A DNA stretch of 64,000 nucleotides from NCBI GenBank assembly GCA_038087875.1, contig CM075977.1, positions 115,506,001-115,570,000 on the forward strand, read 5' to 3'. The translations under genes were made by a program, and so were the position numbers. The notes below the pieces were generated by a model. The model did not search any database, was not told where the DNA came from, and worked only from the letters and a program-made list of their open reading frames with translations. This document shows, piece by piece, positions 38,801 to 51,874 of the stretch. Numbering within the stretch: position 1 is the first letter of the stretch; every line of letters starts with the position of its first letter. The stretch is from Malacoraja senta (Eukaryota).

Positions 38801-41800
38801 TAAAAACAAAGTACTGGTTTCTAAATATTAGGAACTGATGTTTTATAGATAAAATAATGAGCGAGGTGTACGACAATGAGTGATAGATTTGTCCAATTTG
38901 TTGCAAGCTATTAGTGGCCATAGGGCATATGTTTTCATTTATCTATACTAAGGAAGTTCTGAATATTTTTCTTTTAGATCAAAGTAACTGAAAATTTGTG
39001 ATTGTTTATTCAGGTTTACTGTTGGCAGTATAGTTCTTTTTGAGTATGTCTGATGCTTAATTTATTCAAAATGGATGCTTTCTATTATCTTTGAGGTTTG
39101 ACATGTAACTATTATCTATTAATAAACTCATTAATTTAAAAATATGACAACAAATAAAAGTTAAATAGTTTCCAGTGTAATAATAGTTTTGTGTTCAATG
39201 TTTAAACTTCACGTACTTAGAACAGTTTGGACCTGAAATATTTAAAACAAATAACACTTGGGTAGTTTGGCCAGTTTGGTTTGTTCTGATGCCAAAATGA
39301 ATTTATTCCAACTTTATCTCTGCATTAGCAAAATTTATGAAGAAACCCAATTTATATAATGCTACTTTAATATACACAGATGTCTTTGTTATTGCCAAGA
39401 GCGGCCGGGGTGTTTGGTGAATAATTAAGTTACTAGTTTTGCTGTACGTAGACACCACATACATGATTACATTAATGAATAATGTGCACTGACTAATCTG
39501 CATCTTATAAACCATTGTTCTTTCAATGTATTATTTTGTAACTTATGCAATGCACCTCCAAGGGACACACATATTGAAGCTTTCATGTCATTAATCAACT
39601 GTGCATAAAATAATTTCTGGACAATCAGTTTATTAATTAGTTGCGAGAGAGCTTTAAATTGACATGAATGAAGGTATAATTTTGTAAGATATAAAAAGTA
39701 TTCATTAACTATTTTAATGCCTTTTCAGCAATGATGAAGAAAAAGCTCAGTAAAAATCATTGATATTGTTATAAAGAATTGTGCATATATACACACGTGA
39801 TGCTAAATGGAATACAGTGATTATATTAGTTATCATATGCTGTACGTTATTTTTAGGGGGTTTTAATGGTTACTGCAACTATTTTCAAACTGCCCTGTGC
39901 ATTATTTATTTGAATATTCAAGTATGGTTGCTCATTGATCTAATGTTAGCCAATGTGTTTCTCATGTGGATTGTTTTGAACACAACTATGCAAAGCTAGT
40001 AACTTGTTTCAAAGAATCTGACTTCCCGAAGTTTTTTTTAAACAAAACTAAGAATGCCTGCAGAGATTGTGCCTTGCAAGCTTTTCATCTCATTGTCTTT
40101 AGAGAAACAAAAGATCCTTAATAATGTTTTTTTTTAAACCAGCTTATTTATTAATGTCCTTGGAATGCAGTAGAAAAAGGTGCATCCTTGCCGCCAACTG
40201 GGGGATTTGGGCTTTGTGGTTCTATTTTTACAAGAATAGGCTGATTTGTCTTAGGCTATTACCGTCTATTACTGCTGGAAGTATCCTGTAAAGGTGGGAA
40301 GCAGCGAATCCTGGCATTCTGCCTAAAGAGAAATCAATGAAACAAATTAATCCTTCGCAGGCTGCAATGACACAGTAATCCATCATTCAGAGCTGCTTTT
40401 ATACACGAAATCAGGGAGCAGGCAAGGAGAAGGAGCCCTGGGGGATACCATAGACACTCACAACATACAGCAAAGAAAATACTAGGGAATCATTTCATTT
40501 GGCTGGGTTACATTCTAAGTTGATTTTCCAGTGCTAATAATTTCATTGGGTTAAATGCTGATCCCAAAATGTGCACCTAAGGCTAAATGGACTTTTATTA
40601 CTTGGTCCAAAATTACTGAGGATGAAACTTAATTAGTTGGACACGTGAGAAAGAACTTGACCCTGGCGTGATCTAATGAATCTGGGGCCATTTCACAAAG
40701 TAAATAATTAAGAATAGTGTGTCCTGAAAAGTCGACTTAAACAACATTTTGTCTTCGTAAATGCAATTGAGCAAAGACATAACTCTGGGTCATAACGCCG
40801 ACTCCGTAGAAGTTTGATGTGACCCAAATATCAGTCGCAATTACACTGTTAAATATTGATTATTATATGTTAGTCGTGGGTGCGCACACGACAGGCTGTC
40901 GTTTCCGAGCTCCGGCTCCCAAATGATCTGCCCATCTTACTGCACAAATACAGATATTTCAGGAAGAGCTCAGAGAACATGCACGCTATCTTTATGACTT
41001 TGGGTTTAACTTATGAAGATGTGTCACGAAGCGAAAGAGAATCATATTTTGTAACAGATACGGATTAAATATCGATTTTAAACATGGTCTGTCTCCCTAC
41101 AGCCTACTTTTCAGCCTCTTGCCATATATTACATATCAATCAGAAAGATGGATAGATAGATAATTCTGTCTTAATAAGATACTGGAAATGGAACTATAAT
41201 CTGAATGAAATGAACCGTTCTATGCATATTACATACAGTTGCTTCTGGTCAGTTTACCACAAAGCCATTAACAATATAAAAACCACGGACGCTGTAAAAG
41301 TACAGTATTAGACTCCTAGCGAATCAGTACAAAAGAGTCATGTCAAAATCAGTTGCGTAATGAAACAATATTTTCCAACGCAATTAATGGTACGTGTTCG
41401 TGAGGGATCTGTCTCATTTCACAAAAGTTACTTTGTTTAGCCGGAAATGCAGACAGTTAATAAATGGGTATTCGTCATTAGTAGCTGAGACCCGCTGAAT
41501 GATCAGTGTAATTTGTGTTTGAACGTACACGTGTACATGGTCCTGGTAATATCGCAGTGGTATTGGCATTACTCAAAGTGGCCGTTGTATTTATGCATAT
41601 AAAAATAAAATGTTACTGTTCATTACATAAAAAAGCAAAGCATATAACGCACTATACAGTATATTGTTACATATGATAGCGCTAATTGCGCGGGATACAG
41701 GATCCTGGTGGACGCCGAGAGCGAGATCACCATAATTTACTGTTGAAATAATTGAAGGTATCGCCAGCGACGTAAATACTATTTCATCGGCAGCTGCTCC

Positions 41801-44800
41801 AGAAATGTTGGAGATGTGTTAATATATTCATAAATGTGAGCTTTCTAAGAAGGTGTTTCTATTGTCTCTCCAATCTTTATTCTTCTGACCTCGAAAAAAA
41901 AATCTGAAAGATTATGTACCATTCTACATTATTAAAACATACAACCATTTTGTCAGTTCTTGCTTCACTAGGTATGTCGCAATCAGTGACAGACTAGTAT
42001 TTAGGGAGTATATGCTGTTCGTTTTTATGAGCGTAAAAGTTGCCACGACCGGATCATAGATAGAGACAAGTGTCCTTTTGGCCCTTATTGTGTAGGGTGG
42101 GATATAAAGGTTTTAACATTTCGCATTCTATACTCAACAAACTTGCAATAAGATGGACTTTAAAAATACGTTATATGAAGGTTGGTGGGGGAATCTCGTG
42201 TGAACTAAGTGTACTGAGAAATATTGCTGCAGAACAAAAGAGTTTAAATTGTAAACCGTCGTGACAGTTTGGCATAATAAAGCACCTAAACCAAATGCAT
42301 CTTAAATTGGCGCAATGTATACCCTGGTACAATGGCTTCATTCTGTAGAAAGCACATTTTTAAAATGAAAAATACTTTTAGTCACGATATTAAGACTTTG
42401 TTTATTGCAAGTTTTCTGTCCTGGTCGATGCGGCATCTGAAAATGCTCTGTAACGCCAGGAGAACTGAAATTCAAAATGTGAGTTGCTGGCAGCGCCCAC
42501 CGTCTTTATTCACATTGCGAATTTGCTGCCTTTTCAACCGATCCACCTCTGCCATCGCCTCCGCCCCCAGCACCAACCGAGCACACCTCTGCTCACCCAC
42601 CCCTACCCGCTCCTCACGCCCCCTCCCCCCTCCCCCCGCTCTCACACCCCCCCCCCCTCTACGCCGCCACCTTTCATTTCAATAAGATACTGTCGACTTT
42701 CCTTCACTTTCAACAAAATCATTAAAGCACATTTTCTGTCATTTGTGTGGGAGAACCTCAGAGGAGGAGCTGTGCAAACACCTGAGATGTGAGATGAGAG
42801 GGCAATAAAGACCTGGTAATGGAACAATTTCGCTCCCTGCCTCCACTGGGAGCTCAAAACTGAATGCGACCACCGTCCAGCCCTCCCTACAACGCCTGCC
42901 TATCCTCCTCGCAAAACGCACGGGTTTTCGATATTTGTTTTATATACTTCAATGTTTTCTCTCTTAATGCATTATACTGAAACACGTTCATGAAGAAAAT
43001 CGTATATATATTTCATATCAAGAGGATTTGGCTTCATTTTGATAAATATGCAACAACTTGCATATGGCTCTTTTTTTCCACCAAGAACGGCGATTTTTAT
43101 ATAGTGCAAGGTGGGATATTTCATCGCATCCTTACTACGCCAAAGTCTGACTTTCCGCGCTCAGCTCAAAAGACGCACACATTATCTCTGCTCCAATGAT
43201 ACACGCATAACTGATAATTTGTATCCCACTTCTGCTTTCCAGCTTGCCAGACTGTTCCCTTCCCCCAATCCAGGCGCGCACGGAGGAGGTTGGATGCGTT
43301 TGGCGCCTTACATACAAACAACATTGAATGCAATTTTAATCAGTCAAAAGTCTATCGATTCATATGATCAGCCAATGTCACCTGAAGGGGTTACATTGAC
43401 CACCTTGGGTTTTTTAATCTCTTGCAGAAACAATTCAAATTATTATTTCGTCAACAATCTTCCTTGCATGATGGAATATGTTGTATGAGATTCGATGGTT
43501 TCTCAAAAGACATAAAAGGAGGAAAAAATTGACTGATTCAAATGCTGCCCACTCTTCAGCAGGTTACAGGTCACGTGATCAAAAATCAGCAGCACCGTAT
43601 CTATTGAAACAAAATTAACTACCGTAGCTCGAATTATAGGTGGAAGATTGCGTTCGGTCACGTCACTCTTTGACCAGTCTTTCAGCTATATGTGAATTGA
43701 GCATTAGGAACTTTAATAATGACATTAGCTTGAAGTCCACACACGAAATGTTAAATGCATGTTTGAGATACAGATTATAATAATATGGTTCTAATCATGC
43801 TTACCAGATTGAAAATTCAATTAAATTATTAATACATTTTATTCTGATTATTATGTCTATTTAAAATGTAAAGGAAATGTTCTGTTTTATTGATTCACCA
43901 ATGCACCAAAAGAAATGGCCTACGTTTAACTAGTCTAGGTAAAGAATTATTAGGTTTTCTGATTAACTTCAGCTTGTGGTATGCTCGACAGTTTCCCCAT
44001 TATTTAAGTACTTTGCCGTTTGGAAAGAAAACAAATAGTATTGCAATAAATATCCTGTTATCCTCATAATTTTTTTTTAGATTGTGTTCTTTATGATTCG
44101 TGACAGTCCTTTGGGAGGGGGTGGGAGCGAGGGGGGGGTTATTTGATAGCTGTGTCTTACTTTGTTGTACACTTTGGGAATGCGCTCGTTTGCTGCTTAA
44201 TTCACAAGAACTGTCACCTTCTCAGACAGATGCGCAGCATTATATCCGAACTAATAGACACCCAATTAACAAGCCGATACAGAAGTTAATGTTTTAAACA
44301 ACTCGCACTCCACTTCTGCATCGGGACGTCCCATTGTCCTTTCCTGTCAATGAAGTCATTTTGAAACTTGGTTACTGTGTTAATGAAGTAAAAACAAAGG
44401 CCAATTTGCGCAATGCAAGCTTGCCACACTTAGTACGGTGTTTGTGACCGGGTTTTCTCTTGTTACTGACACATCGGTTAAGAGATAAACAGTGGTATCC
44501 AGTAGTCTGGTAGCAGGTATTCTCCAAAGCTCTTGTTCGACGAAGTGCCATTGGAATGTTTGTCTACCTGAGAAACCACGTACGGCTTCAGTTCAAAGTC
44601 CATTCCTCAAGAACACCTCAAAAAATGCAGCACTCCCTCTGCACTGCATGGAGCGTCAGTCTGCATCTTACACTTAAATAAATGGAGTGGGACATAAACC
44701 CGAAACCTTCTCGGTCAAAGGCTCCAGCGCAACAAACAGAGCCACGCTTAAAATCTGAAGTACTTAATAATGGGATCCATGAACGATCCCGCTACCATCT

Positions 44801-47800
44801 ATATGTCTAAGAGTCTTCTTGCTGATTTATTTCCACAAATCACGCACCTCTGTTTCTCGGTCCCACAAAACCAAATTGTACTCGGTATTTTTCGGGAAAC
44901 AGAGCTTGTAAACTTTTTAAGAAAAATCTTTTCACATGGACTATTTAAACCTAACCTTCAACAATTAATACCACGACTGAATCAAACAGCACAATAACCA
45001 AACTGCCAGTTCATACAAATACAAGTTTAACACTACAGTATTTTCAACTGACGAGTTGATCGAGAAAATGGAAATGAAGACATGCAAAAACAGGCTTTTC
45101 ATATAGAATAACAGCTAATGTAAAGAATGTCCAGAAAAGGATATCAAGTTATTACTGTCAGACCACTTAGCCAAGTACTCGTCACTATCAGGAAGGTTGA
45201 CTACTTTCACAAAAGTAAATACCATCTGATCAGAATGGTATTGAAGAGCCAAGATTGCCATTAATGTGTTAAGTGGAAGTTTGCAAACTTTTACTTGAAC
45301 AATTGAAACTATCGATCATCAGAATCCACTTAACTCAAAACAATTTGGCTCAATTTGATTCAGTGAATAGTTACATCGATATAACAAAAAGGACAGAGGG
45401 AAAGTTTGATAATGTGTATTTATCGAACTTTTTCCCATCTGCAAAAAACCATCACTTGCCTAGTACTGCGAGATGATGGAACTATGTTTATTAGTTGTAA
45501 ATAGAGCATTAAACTTAAACAGTCAATGGTGTTTTTCGGTCCTAATAGATTCATGGTGTCTGTTTATACGCCCATCCACCGTAATTAGCACATATGTTCT
45601 AAATAGATGGCGGTTTTGTGGGCAATAAAGCAATTACCTATAGCTGTATCTGACAGTCCTTCCAACAAGATCCAACGACCGTCTAATTATAAAAGTAATC
45701 TTAACATCATTGTTTGCGATTAGTACTTGCTCAAAAAACAACTGCTAAAACACTACTGCTCTGAAGGCATATTCCAGGGCTAAATAATCGGGAAAAAACT
45801 TTCACATCGACAATTTGTGAAAGTTGAAAGCTTTACCATTGCATCAAACCATTTTGATCTAACGTTTCATTTAATCTGGTGTGCACTTTAAGGTCACATC
45901 CAGAGGCTATGTTGTGAATGTTTGGCCATATCAGTTGTGCACTTTATTCGCATTGTTCAAATATCTTCTTGTGCTGTTCGGCTATGATCTACTTTTGTTT
46001 TCTAACACAACTTACGTCTATTTGCATTACATGTGTTCCAATTTTGAAAGGTGATACATTTCTAAAATAATACCGTGTTTGTTTTTGTCTTTTATGCGAC
46101 TCCTTATGGCAGCGAAATGGAAGCTTTCGGCTTATTTAGTGTTAGTCTTGGCCATTAAATACGCTGTTAGAATTGTACATCTATTGACTCTAAGTCACGT
46201 AGTATTAGTATTGTTCCAGCAAGTACAGATAATAATGTTTGCAAACATTGCCGCAAATACGGCTGGGTTTTTCTGTTTTATGCAGAGGGTGGCTAACTTG
46301 TTAGTGTCAGTGAGAAGAACATCAAATATTCTCACAAACTCGCTTTAGGATTAAAAAAAACAATGGTTAGAATGATTTATCCATTCTATTGTTGTTAGAA
46401 ACTGGTGCATGTATTGCCAAACGAAGCAAAGTATTTGCAAAAGTTTTGAACTGAACTGTTTTGTCATCGCCAGTAGTATTATCATATAAATCTATCACAT
46501 TCATTACAAACTTGCTCACTTAGAGCACCCTCAGACATGTCAATGAAAGAGGATTGAGTTAAAATTTGGGTTTATTACAAGCCAATTAGAAAGCCTCCAA
46601 GAATTCCTAAGGCTTTCGATTTGTTTTTGAGATTATATTAAAGCAAAGGGTGTGAGGCAATTAGCTGCGCTGATTCTAACGGTAAATGCAGGTGAAGGCG
46701 GGTTCTCGCTTTCTCGCCAAGTTTCCATTAAGTGCGATTAGATGTGTCTATTCAGATCCGATGATCCACAGAGAAAATGCCAGCAGATAAAAGGCGATGT
46801 CAAGTGACCTTCCCGTCTCTTTCACACCAAATTCACCCCGAGAATACCCAGGGCTGAATTCGGACAAAGGGCCCCTCCTCTTCTCTTTGACGCTTCAAGA
46901 GACTTAAAGAACGAGAGTTAGCTTTTTTTTAAAGAAAAAAAAGCTTCGTGTATATTTTATGTGTTTTAAACATCTGGCTGTTATTATCACACGTACGATG
47001 TGACCTAAAAGTTCTCCGTGCCTGTTTACAGTTGAGTAAAAATATCCAGAAACCCGGAATTGCTTATATAAACAGCTAAACCTTTTCGCATCTGTCACTA
47101 CCCTACTGTGGCTAAAACACAACTTTCTGGACAGAACGAAGCACAGAAAAGATGCACCATATACTGTAGGATTCAGCCTGGCTCAGTCCACCACTGAATT
47201 TCACCTCGAATGGGATGATTTTAATCACTCGTTCGCCATATTTATTGAAGATTAAATGAAATGAGATTTAGCTGCAGGACACATATGACATTTTAAATGA
47301 TCGGTCAAGGAAGCTAGCAGTGTTTTGTGCTTAGTTGTTTACCTGAAATAAGTGTCCTGTGCGTTCTAGAGTCATAAACCATTTTAGTATTAGCTGGGCC
47401 ATCGTTCAGGCGAGCAACTTTGTGCTGCAATACCGTCAGAGTACGGCACAGATAACGTGCAGCACAAACTAGGAAGGCATTGAGTGTACTTCATGGTTTA
47501 TGATATCAGTGTCTTTTAGTTGATCGGCGCAAGTGAAAATCAGGTGCTTAATTCAGAGTTGTCCTTTAAATGGTTCACAGTGCATGTTTTGCATTTGATG
47601 AAGAAAACTGGAAGAAAATTTGACATTAAAAAAAGTTTTGCACCGTAGCTGACTCGATGCAGCTGGAAAAGTTAAAATTCTCTTTCTTTTTTTTTTTGCC
47701 CTCGGGAGTTCGGCAAAAAAAATCGTGGGCAATGGGACAGGTCAGCGGCCTTAACTGGGGGGAGGAGATCTAACTAAAAGACCAGCCTTTTTTTCTTTGA

Positions 47801-49587
47801 GATTTACAAATGTCTACAAGCCAGATGCTCTTGGTGGGTGGGTTGGTTGGAAAAATGAAGGAAAAATGCATTAATTTTCTACTGAAAAATCTTCTCCCTG
47901 GATGGAGTGTATATGAATTATTATCACGGTTAATGTTTATTTCAACATTTATAAGATTGCATTTGGACATATCTGAAGAAGTCCTCGGCAACCTGAATTC
48001 AAGGTTATTCGAGTAACATCTACAACCTCCAGGAGACTTTACTGATTATTTTAGCCGGGGAAATTAATTTGTTGGACGAAGCAATGGCCCGCGATCTTAT
48101 TTAAATACCTGTAATCAAAAAAAAAAAATCAACAGACGTGAAATGTAACCAGAAATGTGCTTGTTTTGTTTTTCAGTGCGAGGACTGAATGTGAGTGAAA
48201 TCTTTTGGGTGCACCTTGGAAAGCGGCTCTGATCCACAGAAGCTAAAAAAGTACAAGAATAACAAAGTCATACAGCCGGACGTCTTCTGACAGGTACAGC
48301 AATAGTCTAGGTATGGTCATGAATACCGGAATGTATGGAAGTTAGAACGCCTGAAATGTACCGACTCCACGCCGCTATGCCACCGGCGCATCCTACCTCT
48401 GCCCCAGCCTGAAACGATTCTACCACCCAACGAGGAGCTTTCCGTGTCCCTCAGCCCCCACCCCCCAGAGTGCCTCTCCGTTGCAATTACCACAACATGC
48501 CCTCCCACCCTCAGCAACCCTACTTATTTTTTTTCAGATGCCAACCGAGCATTGAATCCCGTATTTCTCTTTAACTCACGGTGCTGAATTTTCATCTTCT
48601 GCGCTGCCTTCTAACAACATACTGCTGTGTTAATTGAAATGGAGCAGCACAAAAAGAGAGGGAGAGGGAGCACTGAGAGAGACTGAGGGATCGGGCGGGT
48701 GGTAGCAGTGTATGTATTGTGTCCCTGTATACCGGGCCAGTCGATCATTTTGCTGTTCCTTTATCTGTTGACACTATCGCTTAGCCAAACATTGGCCGAT
48801 CGATCTTTTCATTAGGTGATCAAACAACAAATAGTGCAGGTGAGAAGCTTACTTTCTGAGCCTCACAAGTTAGCCATGCCTTGGTTTCCACAGCGCCCTC
48901 GATTTTATTTTACACAAGATCGCATAAACTGACACGGGAAGATGGAATTCTGCCCCACTGCGCTATAAGTACACAGCCTACATATTAAAGCCGACATCAG
49001 TGGATATCAAAAACACACTCTACATTAATACATTCATCGCCGCCCCTTTTCTTTTGCAAATACGCACCAGAATGGCCTCGAAAAACGATGTTGCGACCAT
49101 GGGGAAACTGCTCCGTCGCTATCAGCCTTATTATCCTAGTGCGTCTTGTGCGATTTACAGTGATAATTATTTGTTTCGGACCTACATAAGCAGTCTTTGG
49201 TCGGCGTCATGTTTGAGGCTCAGTTAACAAGATTTGTCACGTTTCAAGCCAGTCGCGGACTATTTTTAAGCGGCATTGCTAAAAGCAAAGTGGAATAGAG
49301 ACAATGAAAGTAAACTTGTTACTTGCCTGCTGGCGTGCTTTGACGATTCGCGATCCCGCCGGTTACAGGTGCCTGCTTAAAGATCTTTACACTTCAAGCA
49401 AGTTGCAAGAAGAGAGGCAGCCTCCCTTCCAATGTCCACTCTGTCCCATTCTGAGGAGGAAACCCCTGATGATACACTTACAGAATTTTTCCTTTGTCCC
49501 CTCTAATCTTATTCGTTTCACCTTTTCACTAATCATAAGCCATGGCTGAGACTTTATTTAGGGAGCGAGGGTGAGAGAGAGAGCGAG

Positions 49588-49773
49588 NNNNNNNNNNNNN
49601 NNNNNNNNNNNNNNNNNNNNNNNNNNNNNNNNNNNNNNNNNNNNNNNNNNNNNNNNNNNNNNNNNNNNNNNNNNNNNNNNNNNNNNNNNNNNNNNNNNNN
49701 NNNNNNNNNNNNNNNNNNNNNNNNNNNNNNNNNNNNNNNNNNNNNNNNNNNNNNNNNNNNNNNNNNNNNNNNN
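49588..49773. other. Assembly gap (186 N) next to a (GA)n tract
   Basis: Run of n, preceded by GAGAGAGAGAGCGAG. Confidence 0.99.
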
Positions 49774-51039
49774 GTCCACTGTTGCATAGTCAATAACGGC
49801 GCTTCATCAATGCATATACAAAAGGGGCGGTTGAGGATGCAATGCGATTGTAGTGTTTAATCAAGGCAAGATGCAAACATGGAGCTCCTTTTATCAAAAA
49901 TAAACTTGATAGTCAAATTTACATGCGTGTTTCTACTCTAAACTATTTCTGAAAACTGCTAAGAAATCTCTATGGGGTATATAAATGGCGTGGCTTTAGG
50001 AGTTTGCATTTAGGTTTTAATTTGCACCAAATGCATTAACTAAATACGGATAGCACGGAATCTGTATGTTTATTAATTATGTGGGATTGTGCTGTTTGTC
50101 GCTGATGGTCTATTTGCTTCTCAAAGATAAAAGGTGTATTGTTACATCAAATTTCTTTTAGAAAATAGGTGATAAAAGAAACTAGGAATAATGTTTGAAA
50201 TTTCAGAATGCATGTGTGGAGCAGGGCAAGATGGAACAATGAGAAACAAATAATAATTTGCGTTACTTGAACAGGGGGATTCCCCTTTCCCGCTCATTTA
50301 ATGATTAATTCCTAAATTTTAGGGTTAATAACATTTGGATTAAAAGTTTAAAAATACTTACTTTAAAATTCAATAAATTATTCGCATTAAACAAATCCCT
50401 CAATAAAAGCCCATCTGGTGGATTATCCTGCTGGGTGTGTGTATTATATTTGATAATTGTCTACTGTACGCTAGATGGCAGCCGGATACAGCTGTTCTGA
50501 GATTTAATTTACGTCAAACACAAGGCACGTTAACAGCCTCCGCACTTTCTGCTGGACTTATCCTACACTTACAAGCACAGCTCCCCAATCTTCAAGACAA
50601 TGGCAACTTTTCTTCTTCTGCAAATCACAATTGAAATCTCACCGGCATTGCAGCGAAGCCTCAAAGCGTAATCCAAAGCAGAATAAAAATGAAATATATA
50701 AAAATAGGTCGCTCGCCGAATTAATATTACAAGAGAAAAAAACGGTGTTTTTTCTCTTTGACACAAAAGACAGGAGGTGTCTGATTTATTTATTTATTTT
50801 CAAACAATAGACTTCTAAAATACAAACAGAAAGTTTGATTGTCAACTAACTTTTCTGATAATGTGACATTTCGAGGCTGCTCGCTGCATTGTTTTATTGC
50901 AAGCACGGGGTCCTCGTTTTGCTTTTTTTGTGGTGACCACAAGCGACCCATACTAATAAGGTCTCAAAGTAAATACCAGCGCAGGAGATCTAATGTAAAT
51001 TTTGCTTGTCAGAGCGTCGTAGGTAATAAATAAGACGGC

Positions 51040-51260
51040 TAACCAATAGTGAGCAGGAGGCTGGCTAACCTTAGCCTCCCCAGCCCCAATTCAGGGCTAT
51101 GACCAGTCGCCTTTGATTATCAGTTGCCAACAGCCCCTCTCTTGGCTCCTTGACATGAGCTCCATATAAGGCAGCGATCTCCATAGAAACGTGTCAGTTT
51201 CAATAGTAGTGTCAAAGTTCACTATATACAGACATTCGCGCAGATCCCCCTTTCGGAAAA
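51040..51260 (+). promoter_or_regulatory. NR2F1 proximal/core promoter: CCAAT boxes, TCF/LEF site, CArG box, DR1 and TATA
   Basis: CCAAT at 51043 and 51086; CTTTGAT at 51111-51117; CCATATAAGG at 51162-51171; GTGTCA-A-AGTTCA at 51209-51221; TATATA at 51223-51228. A TATA-adjacent DR1 is known from vertebrate COUP-TF promoters. TSS inferred at about 51250. Confidence 0.7.
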
Positions 51261-51791
51261 ATTGCTCCGCTAGTCTTCCCGTTTAAACGCATTCATTTTG
51301 TCTCCCCCTTGCATATTCTATTAGTTGTTTTTTCTTTCCTCCCTTTCTCTCTCCACTCCGCATGAGAGGTGAAAATAGGGCGTTTTAGCGTCGGCCGTCC
51401 TTTTTTTTTGTCCTGGTGAGTTTTTTTTCTCTGACAATTCAGATCTTCGGAGAAGAAGGGATTTAACACTCGCCATACTTTACTTCGGATCGCGTGGTTA
51501 TTTTTTTTCTGTGTGTGTCCCCTCGAATTGTGATCGTTTCTTTTCTTTCTCCCACCCCCCAACTCCTATAATCTTTAACCCCTCGTTCCCTCCTATATTG
51601 CTTTCCTGAATGGCTGACTGCGTGTTGCCCTGGATCTGGCCTCCCGACACTTGCGTACCCTGATCGGGATATTTTTTTATTCTTTCTTTTTGCTGCCCAT
51701 TTGTTTCGGTTACTGTTGATCAACACTCACTCATTCATTCACTGCTCCCTATGTGTGTGTGTCTGAGTGAGTTGCTTTGATCGCAGTTGTA

Positions 51792-51818
51792 TTCCTTTTC
51801 CTCCCTCTCCCTCTCTCC

Positions 51819-51871
<53 letters not shown>

Positions 51872-51874
51872 CTC
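51792..51874 (+). repeat. (CT)n / polypyrimidine microsatellite in the inferred 5'UTR
   Basis: About 80 nt of C/T only, mostly CT dinucleotides. Confidence 0.9.

Noticed and set aside
49554-49793. ORFs full of X
   Set aside because: Artefacts of the N gap.
49837-49880. Faint resemblance (ATGCAA...CAAGGCAA, QGK) to the alternative first exon I recall for the DBD-less NR2F2 isoform
   Set aside because: ATG is out of frame with the QGK codons, no splice donor follows, and the comparison rests on memory.
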